From positions 23,064,001 to 23,128,000 of the forward strand of contig CM022671.1 of NCBI GenBank assembly GCA_012295275.1: a stretch of DNA of 64,000 bases, read 5' to 3'. This DNA comes from Chrysomallon squamiferum (Eukaryota > Animalia > Mollusca). The notes below the pieces were generated by a model, which made no database searches, was not told where the DNA came from, and was given only the letters and a program-made list of their open reading frames with translations. The translations under genes and the position numbers were made by a program. Positions 30,546 to 43,472 of the stretch are shown here, in pieces. Position 1 is the first letter of the stretch; each line of letters opens with the position of its first letter.

Positions 30546-31699
30546 AACCTACTGAAGGTTGTACATTTGAATAAATAAATAAATTAATAAATAAATGATT
30601 TTTATGTCTAGTTTTAAATTAATTTAAATTTTGATCTCTTTCTTTCTCTCTCTGGTCAGATTAAAAGGAAGCTGTGTCTTGATTGATGAGCCAGTAGTTC
30701 ATCAGAAAATGTCCATGTGCAACACATGAAAGATGGACCTACAGAAAGTAAACAGATTTTAAAAATCTGAGAAAACTGAAAATGAAAGGAACAGCATTGT
30801 GACTAGATTAGATGGGTATTTAGTAAATATATTCGATAAAGTGTTTTAAAACCATATAATTAGTACAATTAAAACATTTAAAATTACCTGTAAATAAAAC
30901 TGTATTTATAATAAAGGAAAATATGAAACTGTCTATGTGAAAAACATAAGAAATTTAAATTCAAATGTTGGTATCAAATAAGTAATATGTTTTAAAATTT
31001 AGCTTAATATGAATTGTTCATAAAGGATAAAATCTGCATACTTATAAGGTTATTAGGTATTGGGTTTCTGTGACCTATATTTATTAATAACAAAATATGA
31101 AGATAAAATAATGCTGTTACAAAATATTCTGGAGCCGCCAGTTCATCTCTTTACCACAGGAGTTGCGCATTACGTACTGGGCCAACTGCTAAATGTGTGT
31201 GTGTGTGTGTGGATCGAAACAACCCTTCTTAAACTGTACTGTATGCTGATATCATTTGTCTCCCTTGAATTCTGAATTTGTGTGTCTGTGTGTGTGTCTG
31301 TCTGTGAGTGTATCTCCAGTGTCTGTGCATATATATATATATCAGTGGTTATTAAAAACCACCGGTCATGTGGGTTTGTAGATATGGAATAACAACATTT
31401 AATATTTCTTTCATTTTGCAGGTTAACAGTTTTATGTCTTTTAAGATGAATTCGGTTTTATTTATTTATATCATTGTATTTACCTATTTATTTTATTTCG
31501 TTTTGTTTATATTTATTTATTTATTTATTATTATTCTTATTATTTTACATTAATCATCACTTATCTTATCTTATTTATTTATTTTTTTATTATTATTATT
31601 ATTATCTTATCTTATTTATTTATTTATTATTATTATTATTTTGTTTTGTATTTACAGCCAAGTTAGTCTTTTAAAAGTCGTAATTACAACTGATGTGAG

Positions 31700-31892
31700 A
31701 CACCAGCTGCAAAAACTCCATACTACAAATACTGGGCTTCAAAACAGAAGACAGTGTTTACCTGCGCTACACTTCCGGTTGTGACAGGTTGTTTATGGAT
31801 GGCAATGAAAACGTAAACATTAAATTTTAGTAATACGTAGGATATAAAATGAAGTCGTTGTTTGTTAATAGTTCATTTGTTTAAAAGGAAGG
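31700..31892 (+). promoter_or_regulatory. Probable promoter / non-coding first exon of paralog B
   Basis: Local CpG cluster in an otherwise CpG-poor region, ETS-type CACTTCCGG at ~31770, donor GAAGG|GTAAGA after 31892, and acceptor TTTCAG at ~32582, 15 nt upstream of the ATG. Confidence 0.45.
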
Positions 31893-32597
31893 GTAAGACA
31901 TTTTCTGCATAAATCATGTAAAATGTCTGTGATAAGTCTGTATATTTAAAATGATTCTCAATAAACGTGTAGATGCCAGATCGATTCATTGGCTTATTTT
32001 TATGATTTATCATAAAATTTATGTTATGTGCAAGAAAACAATGACATTACCATGTTCAATAAAAGGCTTTTTTGAATTTATAATAAATGATTTAAATAAG
32101 TTAAATCTTGAAATATCACCAATTCTGTGACAACTGCGCATTGTCTAAATTTGCTAATATAAATAATAATTATAATGTGTTGAAACTTGAATCTTTATAG
32201 GTTTGTAATTTTTTCCACTCCATTTAACACATGCGCAGCTAAACCTTCTTTTTAGTGTCACTGTCAGAATATTTTCCCTTACATTTCAGTGTGTAACATG
32301 TTTATTATCATATTGCATTATTTATTTAAAAATAATAAGACTATTAAAATAATAATAATAAAATAATTTATAATAAAAATAATTTTCAGTAAAACAACAA
32401 AAATATGTATATAAAATAAAAATATTCAGTAACAAAGAACAAACAAAAAATTAAAACAATAAAACAATTAATTACCAAAAAAAAAAAACAAGAAATAACA
32501 AGAATAAAAAAAAAAAATCTAAAATAGCTATCTGGTGGTTTTATTTATTGTACATCTTTATACTAACTGTATATGATTTCAGTTAGATACATTATCA

Positions 32598-35500
32598 ATG
32601 GGGTCAGGAAGCAGTTCTCAGATGTCCATCTCTCAAGCAGACTCCAGGACAGCATCTTCATTGTCTACAGAAAAACAGGATGAGATGAAGGAAGAACAGA
32701 GAAAATCTTTGGCCAACAAGACCAGCAAGGGACCAGAAGACTTGATGATCAGCTACAGCCATGCTGACAAAGAAATGATGATGAAAATAAAAGGTTTTGG
32801 ATTATGAAATTTTTATTAAATGAAAGAGAAAGATAGCAGATTTTTAAAAAAAAACTCAACAAAAGACAATATTAAAATAATCAAAAAAAAAACCCCAGTG
32901 ATTTCCAAAATATTAAAAAAAACCATTTGAAATAATTAAAAAAAATTAATAGTAAAATTGTTTATGAGATAGAGAATGAATGTAATATAAAAATAAAGAA
33001 AAAATGAAAAAAAAACAAAAATGAAATTTTCTTTCAAATTTATATTTTGTAAAGAAACTGAACTACACTGACATAACATATTTATGTGTACTGTAATTTT
33101 CCTAACTTTTTGACATTAGATGAAATTAGACAGCTTACAGTTTGTTTTTATTGCTTATTTATTTTGTTTTACAGAAAAAATAGAAAGCTGTGGTATTTCT
33201 GTTTGGGTTGATGTTTCTGGGCTTAGAGCTGGTGTAGATTTTCTTAGCAAGATTGGACAAGCTATCATAGATGCAAAGGTATGAATAAAGCGATGAATAA
33301 CTGTTTTACAATCTCTTTAACTTAATAATATATATTTAAGTTTTTTCTGACAGTAAGGGAGATAAACCTAACAGGACTGTGGTAACAAAATTGCTTCTGA
33401 TATCCAGAACACTTTTAAGTGCATCAAAATGTTTTATGATTAACACAAATGTACTATTGGTCCACCAACAGTTTTGTATTACAGCACATATCTTGAGAGA
33501 TGGAAACAACTGTAAATTTTCAAATATGCTTCCTTATTGCTTGTTACAATGATTCCTTTTTCTTCTGTTTTTTCTTCTAAATTATTATTCTTATGATAAT
33601 GATTGTAGAGATACATCTTCATAAATGCTATATTTGTATTTGAAAAAAAAATTATTTCAAAGTTATCATTTATTTTATTACCTATTTGCAGCTGTTAATT
33701 TCTCTGCTGAGTAAGACGTCTGTGAACTCAAAGTACTGTAAAGATGAACTCGCTCTGGGATATGTTTCAAACTGTGCTATTTTTCCTGTTTCACTGGAGA
33801 GTAAAGATGTTCTCTACCCTCTCATGAACACTGGCATGTATGTCTTTATATATATATATATATATATTTTTTTTATTATTCTCAGTTTGTTTCCATCAGA
33901 GACTGTGTCACTTTCCCACATAGATGTCTGTCTAAGTTATTTAACAGTCATGGACATAGATTTCTATGTAAATTATTCAAAACACCTAAGGATATGCAGG
34001 TCTGTCTGAATAATAAAATATTATATCTAAATTTTTAACATTATCATTGGTATATAGGTCCATCTACATTATTTAAAGAGGACTGACTAAGTAATTCAAA
34101 CACTCATGGACATAGAGGTATATCTAAATTTCTTCAAAAAATGCTGGGCACAGACACATAGATCTAAAATACACCAAATTATAAAAATATTTCTGCTTAT
34201 GGAGACTGGTTGCACAATGTGGGCTTTGATGATAACAGTATGTTTATGTGTCAGGAAGCTGCAGCTGGCCAGTTATCCATGGTTACTGATTAATGACCCT
34301 GACAAGATGGATGAAGTTTTAGATGAACTGGTTGTCTTGTTGAAAGAAGAGTTGAAAAGAAAAGAACAGACTGATGAAACTAAAGAAAAGAAAGGTGAAA
34401 CTGCATACCTTTTTATTTCATAATATATTTAGTTCTTTATTACATTTCTTTATTTAAAACGTATATTTTTGAGAATGTTTTTTAATTGAATATATTTTTG
34501 TGTGTGTGTAAGATAACTTTAATGAATATAGTTTATATATATCTATATATATATAGACACTATATCTAGATCATTTGGCATTGTCATTTTTCAGAGATGT
34601 TCAATAATTTAGTGATTTTTTTTTAGTATTATTATTATAAATATATATAAATTTATTTATAGTATAATTCAGTATGATGTAATAATTTGATTATACAACT
34701 AAAGCTAAATAAATGCAAAGAACTAGTTAATATTTTTTGATTGCACACACATTTATTCCTTTCGTCTTTGTTTTGTTTTCGTACAGAAGAACCTATACAA
34801 AAGACAGGTATTGTAACTGTTCAGCTGAAAAATATCACTGCATGGTGTTTTCTTATGCTTGTTTATGTCTGTGACTGCATGATATGTAAAAACAGATATT
34901 TAATAAAGTCCGCAGCAAACACAGATTTCAGTATCATCTTTAGGATTTGGTGTTCAGTTAACTCCAAAGGCTAGAGCAAATAGTTTTCTCTAGTTTATAT
35001 TTTATCAGTATTATTATTAACACTGATTTCTCACAGGCAGAAATAAAGATGGAAAATTCTTTAATTGTTATAATTTAATTTTCCAGATTATATTCACAGT
35101 TACATGGAGATGATTGCATGAGCATGTTATTATTAAATCAGTGATCATGACAATTAATATTTTTTACAGGTGTAATTAATTCTGTTCATTGTTTGAAATA
35201 TTTAATTAATTTTATTGTATTATAGTATTAATTAAAATATGAATATCTCTAACTTTGATGTGTGTGTGTGTGTGTATGTCTTGTTTGTTCTGTCTGTCTG
35301 TCTCTCTCAATAAATAAATAAATAACTAAATATACACACATATAAAACAACACTTATATACACATGTTTATAAATGCATGACCTGTGTTTTTGAGGAGAC
35401 TTTCATAGTTTAGTAATAAGAAGGATAAATTCAAAAGTAACAAACCTACAAATAAATGGCTGTTTTTAATAAATTTCTGGAAAAAACACATGTATCGAAG

Positions 35501-36343
35501 GAGAACAGAAATAAAGAAACCATCTTACATCATAGGTTATAATCAGCTCTTATTTGAGATGTCATTCCATCACTAATCTGCTTCTTGACTAAACAAAATA
35601 AATAAAGTGTACTATGCTAGTTTGATTTGTTCAAGTTAAATACTTACTCCCATTTAAGAGAATCAAATGTAGATGTGCAGCTAAATAACCTAAATAATAA
35701 TAACACCACCACCAACAACAATAACAGTAACATTAACATTAATAATACTATTAATAATAATAATAACTATAATGATGTTGGTCTGTTCAGCTTCAGTTCA
35801 TATTAAGATAAATAAATTTATCACTTGAAATTCTGTTCATTTAAAACTAGTTTATTAATAATGAAATCATAATTTTCATAATCTTTCCTGACTCAAAAGA
35901 AAGAAGAAAAAAAAAAACTGTATTTGGTATTTCCTTATAAACCCTAATTTTAGATTTAATTCTGATGAGAAAGTAACAATGTTTGGGCATTATTTATGTT
36001 TCATATTTAATGAATTATTTAAACTAACAACAGTACCTGTTTGCATTGGGTTTCTTACAATTTTGTTTTCAGTAAAAAGCAGACCAAAGCTACAGAGACA
36101 GATGACAAGACAGAATTTAAACAAACATCGAATAAAACACATAGAAGGTGATGAAATTCTGTCCACCATGGCAGAAAAGTTCTGGACAGACCGTTACAGT
36201 TCGGACACAACACAGTGGAAAAAGTAAGCAATGTTTTCTGAATGTTATCTTTAAAATTTTATGATCTGCATTCATTTATTGTTTATTGAGCATTATTAAT
36301 TCATATACAATCAAAATAAATAAATACATAAATAAATTGGAGT

Positions 36344-36375
<32 letters not shown>

Positions 36376-38289
36376 TCTACTTACCTACCTATATACATAT
36401 ATGTAACAGTGTTTTACTGATCAGTGTGTGAGAGATTAAAATTATATGTTACTTTTAACATATTGAGGATAGAATTATTTATTAACATTATATTTTGAAT
36501 GTTGGCTTTAATAATTTTTAGGAGAGGTCAAATTAAATCAAATTAATTTTCATTTTCAGATTCGTCAATGACTTCACCTTCCTGTATAAATCACACTTGG
36601 ATCAAATGTACACAGCAGATGACCAGGTTTGGTTGATGAGTATTCTACGAAGAGAGATGGAAGTTGGCAATGATGGAATTCTAGAGAAAGAGAAATTTTT
36701 ATGTATGTAAATTATTACATTACATGTGAAAATTAAATTTTTAATTTTAAGAAATGTATTGTTATATGAACTTGCTTGTGTTAATCATTACAACATGGTT
36801 GGTTTCAATGTGCAAAATTTTGTATTTCACCACTTCAGAACCAGGTCTCAGCTGTTGTCATTATATATGTTGTAGTTGAAAGGGTTAAAATATGTCAGTA
36901 AAGTCCTCTTGTGTAGAAAAAAATCTATTTGTGTCCATATTCAAATAATTATAATTCCAAAGCTTAATTTGATTCACATATCTTAAGATTAAAATTATAT
37001 ATGGTGATAAATGAAGAAATAAAAACGAAAAACTAAATTTTAAATTTAAAAACTACCAGTAACAGCTCAGTTATTTGAAAATTTTATTTTTTACAAATAA
37101 GTATTTTATTATTTTGATTGGTTTTTTTTCTTCAGCTTTCTGTCAGATTGATGATGAAGAACAGCCTCTGTGGACACGGGTTCAAGACCAGGCTCTGGAA
37201 AGTTTGTCAATGAAAGGAGTGTTTGATATGGATTCTTCAGTACGTGTGCAAGCCATTGAGAACTTAGGTTTGTCAAACTGAAATGTTATTAAATTTATCT
37301 ATTCAGTTTATTTTTTTATTGGTGAATATTTTTTAATATTTTTTTGTATATTTAATGGTTTTGTAAATACATTTAATTTGATATTTTCAGAGTAATATAA
37401 ATTTAACAATATATATTAGAATATGACCTCATAACATTTTTAACAGTAATAAATGAATAATAGTACTAAATTTATAAAAACAAAATGGCAAATTGTAAAA
37501 CTGTAAATAGCTAAATAGTTACATACAACTTTCACATCATAAAATGTTCTCCTGGGATCAAAACAAATTTTACAGTTTTACAGTTTGACAAAATAATTTT
37601 ATTGTCATATGAAAATTAAACTCTCTGTAACTGTTTCAGGAAAATACAGGAGTCCAGCAGTTATTCAGGCGCTGCATGATCTGCTGTCTGACCCTGATGC
37701 CAATGTCCGTGCTGTGGCCGCTGTTTCCCTGGCTCGGACCAACGCTAGTGACAAACACACCGTCAGCTGCATCATGAACATACTCAGTGACAAAGACAGG
37801 CTTGTCAGAGAAGCTGGTTGTCTTGCACTGGGACACCTGCAGGCTGAAGTAGCTGTCAAGAAAATTCTAAACATGTGGTAAGATAGGGAGTCCATGTGTG
37901 TGTCCGTGTGTGTACACATGTATATGTCTGATATGTCTATGTGTTTGTTTGTGTGTGTTGTTTTGTAGATGTGTCTATATGAGTAAGTGAACCTACACAT
38001 ATACAGATGATTCGAATAAACAGATATTTAATTTATTAAACAATATTTTACCAAAGGATTTGCCATACTGTATAAACAATAAAATGTAATTTCAGAATAT
38101 AATCCCTAATATTTTGGTATTCATTTTTGTAACATATCATCCTAAATTGTTTGTAGGCGAAACGATGTCATATCTCATGTGAGAGAAGCAGCTTTTGTTG
38201 CCCTGCAGCAGATAGGAGGTCCAGAAGTGGAGAAAGAAATGCATGTCACTAAAGTTTTAGCTGATGAAATCAGACAACTCACCAAATAG
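32598..38289 (+). CDS. TIR-domain + EF-hand-like + HEAT-repeat protein, paralog B (~460 aa, 467 with microexon), N-terminal MGSGSS
   Basis: Exons: 32598-32793, 33175-33278, 33692-33837, 34255-34394, (34787-34807 microexon), 36073-36223, 36560-36702, 37136-37267, 37640-37877, 38157-38289 (TAG). Sum 1383 nt without the microexon. Intron positions and phases are identical to paralog A. Confidence 0.92.
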
Positions 38290-39008
38290 TTATAATTCCA
38301 AGAAATTACTGTTGTTAGGCTGTTAACTGCATGATATAGAATGTTGTTGTTGTTGTTTTTATTGCATTAGAATACATTGCTCATTGTTATTTGATAACTC
38401 AAATTTGAATATAGTCAATAATTTTAGCAGGGATCAAAGAACAAAGTGCTATTATTGTTTGGGTTTTTTGTTGGTTTTTTTATTATTAAATTCAAATAAA
38501 TTCTTGGCTAGTTCATTGAATGGAAGGCTTTATGCACAAAAAGAGCTTCCCATGCAAACCTCTGTATGTAACATCAAACATCTACGGTAAAAACAAATAG
38601 TATATTATTTTTATTTTTATTGTTTTGTTTATCTGTGATTAATGAGAGATGGTGCAAAGTTACAATATCTTCAGTTGGTCAGGAATTTGTTATATTTCTG
38701 TGTACAAAAAAAATGTCCTAACAGAAAGACTTGTTCTGTCATTGTTTTTCTTTCTTACTTTCGTTCATATTTTTTATTTCAAAAGTTGACTTGAAAATAA
38801 ATAAAGCTAACATATGTAAACTCTATTAATAACATTACAGACATATTTTAAATACTTGTATGCTGAACTTGTTTAATACAGTGAGTTAGATACAGTAATA
38901 CATTTCAATGATTGACTTAATCTGGTGTTAACAAACAGCTATTATTATTTTGTAGTAGTAGTTGTAGTATTAGTATTATTAGTATTATTATTATTATCAT
39001 CATCATCA

Positions 39009-39089
<81 letters not shown>

Positions 39090-41213
39090 TATGATCATCA
39101 TCATTATATTAAACCATAGGACATAATGTAGAGCCAATTGATTACGAATAAAAAAATCTAACAAGTTTATAAATATTGCAGGTTTATAATTGCTGTAGTC
39201 CATATTCGGAAATTATTCTTATTATAACGCACAAGACAAGTCAAAATATGATTTAAATATCTTTGTACATAGGTTATAAAAACATTAAAGTAAATACTGT
39301 CTGTGATACAATATGCATGTTATACTACTACTCAGGTTTCATTTACAATGTGGAAAATGATGCATCCCTGTTTTTAACTAAAAAGCAAAGAAACTTATGT
39401 CATTCATGTGTCTTTTACAAAACTCTCTTGAAGAAGGTGGCCATTTTTATAAATGTAATTACATTTTTAGTGTAATTTGTTTTAATAAGTCAAAATCTCC
39501 ATTGTGTGGTTGAAAAACATATATTATTCATGTAAATTTTAGATAAAGTAATGTTGATGTTGATATGTATATAAAAAAATTTAATAACATCTTGAGATGT
39601 CATGTTATTGTTAATCATTGTGAACAATAATTTATATCCATTTTATATCTCTTTTGTATCAGTTTTTTATTTGTCAACAAGTGAAGTAATATCATTGTGT
39701 TCACAATTACTTTTTATATGAATTTTATTAATAAGACCTACGCAATCATCAACACATGAATATTTGTGATGTTTTTTTCAGTGCAAGTTAATACTTATAA
39801 TAATTTCTTGAAAGTTTCAGGATTCATACTGAAATAATACATATATATTAATATATGTATTAATAGAAATCATACTTGAGATATTTTCAAAGCTATTTCT
39901 TTTATGTTGTATGATTGTGTGTGTCTATTCAGTTTTTTACTATGGAACAAATCAAATAATTTTAATATGTTATTCACTGTTAATTTTTGTAAAAAATTCA
40001 GGTTGTAGTGTGCCTTTCCCCCTTGTATCTGGATTACCATGTAATGTCTATAAAAAACCCAATTATAATTGAATTTATCCAGTAATTTTATTATTATAGT
40101 CTGAGATACTTATTATTATTATTATTTTTTTTTTTAAATTTAAATCCATTTATTAAATTATGTGGTAATGAACCTTATGATTGTTCCAACTCACAAAATC
40201 CCCTCAAAATCTAAACTTTAAAATGATGCCAAAGATATTAAAGTATTTCAGTTAAATCCCTTTTTTTTCTTTTTCTTTTTTGTCTCAGTGAGAATGTATG
40301 TATGTGTGTAATATTTAATACTTAGAAGTTTTGATAAACCTGAACCTTTTTATTCTTTGCTAACTTTTTATGTGCTATATTTTAGGTAAAGATTTTCAGG
40401 TTGCCTTCTATATTATTTTTATATAATTTTATCAGTCATGGATCTCATATTATTATTGATGTATATGTTAAAAAATATATATATATATTTTTTTTACTTT
40501 AATATTTTACAGCATTTTAATTTTTGTCATTACTGTATTTTTTTCTGATTTAGAGTTTGTGATTAATTATCTTCTAATTTAATTTTCTTTCTCTTTATTT
40601 ATTTATTTTTTCGTTAATTTTTTTTTTTAAATAAAAAAATGTAAAAGTAATCATGTCCTTTAAATTAAATACATATTAACATTAATTAAGAACGTTTATA
40701 AAATTTCAGGGAAGGCAAGATGCACAATCATTCATGTATTTTGTAATCACAAATAAATAAATAAATAAAATAGAATGTGATATAATATATGCAGTGACTT
40801 TTTAATGTATACTTGACATTTCAAATGGTGGTGTTATTGAAATAAAATACAATATTTTTGAATTTCTTTGATTTTTAATTTTGTAATTTATTTATTTATT
40901 TATTTTTTTTATTATTATTATTAATGCCGATTATTTTTAGGTGATAAAAACGACCTTTAAATTCTCGAAACGGGATTAATGATATTTCGACAAAAGACAG
41001 TCATTTAACGAAATTAGGGATTCTGTTTCCATAAAATTTAACACGATCATTCAGACAACGAATGAAGAAAAAATACAAGAAAAAAAACCACAACCACCAA
41101 AATACATCTAAATCTATTCAAAACATAACTAACAGGTAATAGTATAAACTGATAAATTAAAACTGACTGTATTGAATTTTATTTATTTTGTGTGTGTGTC
41201 TATCTCTTTATTT

Positions 41214-41288
<75 letters not shown>

Positions 41289-41681
41289 TTTATTTTGATT
41301 TTAAGGTAGAAATTCAATTCGGGATCGATACAAAAATATGTCATAAATAAATAAATAAATAAATAAATAAAATTTTTCACATTTTTATTTCCCAGTAGTT
41401 CTATCGTCTCGTGTGTTTTCTTTTCACCGCAGTGTAGAACAGTGTCAGGGTCATTCTGTTGTTGTTATTATACTGATAATGTACGTAGTGAAACCAAAAA
41501 TCAATAATAATGTGCACGCTAATTAAGATAACTTGTTTTCTGGTTCGTTCCATCCAGTTCACATACACTAATATTGGCTCACAGCTGTTTCAGAGCGAGT
41601 CAGTTACGATTTTTTTGAGTAAACACTCCCACCCTTTTTTTTGTAGCGAATCAACAATAATAGCAGCGGTACAAAAATTAA

Positions 41682-41752
<71 letters not shown>

Positions 41753-42228
41753 TATAATTCTTTCTCTTCTCTTAAAAAGGCAACTAGTAACCCTTTGTTA
41801 AAAAGAAACAACTATATATAAATATATATATATGTATGTATGTGTATATGTATATAATAATAATAATAATAAAAACAACAAAAATTAAAAATAAAAAGTT
41901 ATAATATTGCATTATATTGTATATAAAATCAGCGGTATTAATTAATGTCGTAATGTTAATTAAAGACTTAATATTTTGCTGCAGAAAACGGAACCAACCG
42001 TCTAAACAACACTCCCCGTCTGAATATGTTGCAGCTGTCACACACAAACACATCCACAGCCCCATCCAATCCCCACAACACACAGCCACACACACACACA
42101 CACACACACAAACACATATGTACACACATATACAAATGCCACTCAAGTTCAAATAATTTATATCCTGCCATCTTCCAACCCGTTAAAAATCCTAAATAAA
42201 CCGATCCATAATTTTCTCGATTTTTTGG

Positions 42229-42265
<37 letters not shown>

Positions 42266-43472
42266 TTTTAAAACATATTAATCGTTAGAATGGATGTCAT
42301 AAGACCTGACTTCACCGCCCACTGGATTCGCCACTGCTTAATTCACGTCTAATTGTCTTTCTGAACCGATGCATGGCCAGTTTCTGTTAATGAACACACA
42401 AATGTATTATGACACGGTGCAGTCCGGCTTAGGGCTACTTAATCAATAAATCTCCACTGTAGAAAGTCAAGGTAATCGTTTGTTAGATACACATAATATA
42501 ATATACACGCAAGTTATATACCGTGGTGGAATACTAGAGGAAAAGTGGCTGTCTTTGGATTACAAGTTTAATATAAACAGGTGAGATTATTGTTTTATTA
42601 TATATATATATATATACTAGTTTTATGAACAGTAACAGTTTACATACAGGTGATACTGATTAACTATATGTTAGTAAACAGAGAAATTCGAAAAAGACAC
42701 ATGGGGTAAACATTGTGTGAATTATTTATTACTACAGAGTAAGAATTATGATAATTACAGATACCTTAAATAGTTTTATTTTACATAAAAACTGCTCTAA
42801 GCGTGTTTATATTTGAATATGTGTGCGTGTTATGGTACATTGTGATCTCCAAATTTTCAGATTGTTATTATTTTCCTGCCTTGTCACAGTAAACGCCAAA
42901 AGTACAATAGCATACATTTTTTTTATCCGTTATCGTTACTCGAAATAAATATACTTATATATCACGCCAGTGGATTAAATAGCCCGTTACATACGATTTT
43001 CATCCTGTAATTGTACCAGAAAGGTTTGCTTGACTGGTGTTTATTGAGAAGTTGTTACAGGGAACTAATACTTGAATTAACGGCTGAAAACTTAAAACCG
43101 CTACTCTTGGAAATATTTATGTACGTATTTTCTTTGTTTATATACCATTATAATATATAGAGGTGAGTGAAGAAATAAAAAAATGAACTTTTCTTTTTTT
43201 GTAAATATTTAATATATCAAATGATACAAATACTCCACAAAAACTTTATATGAAACAAAAATTCATATATGTATGTATGTGTGTGTATGTATGTATGTAT
43301 GTATGTATTATGTATGTATGAATGGATGGAAATATGGATGTATATGTATATGTATTATGTATGCATGGATGAATGTGTATATGTATTTTGTATGTATGTA
43401 TGTATGCATTTACGTGTCTATAATATGTATGTATATGTAAGTATAATAATGTAGTTGTATATTTAAGTGAAA

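Noticed and set aside
33119-33138. GATGAAATTAGACAGCTTAC in B intron 1 nearly matches the 3' end of paralog C's CDS (GATGAGATTAGACAGCTTAC, ~48502-48521)
   Set aside because: The match is only ~20 nt with no extension on either side, which is compatible with chance in 64 kb of AT-rich sequence.
22494-38289. Paralogs A and B as a false duplication of two haplotypes
   Set aside because: Introns are unalignable and differ in length, N-termini differ, and most exons show many substitutions, consistent with an old true duplication.
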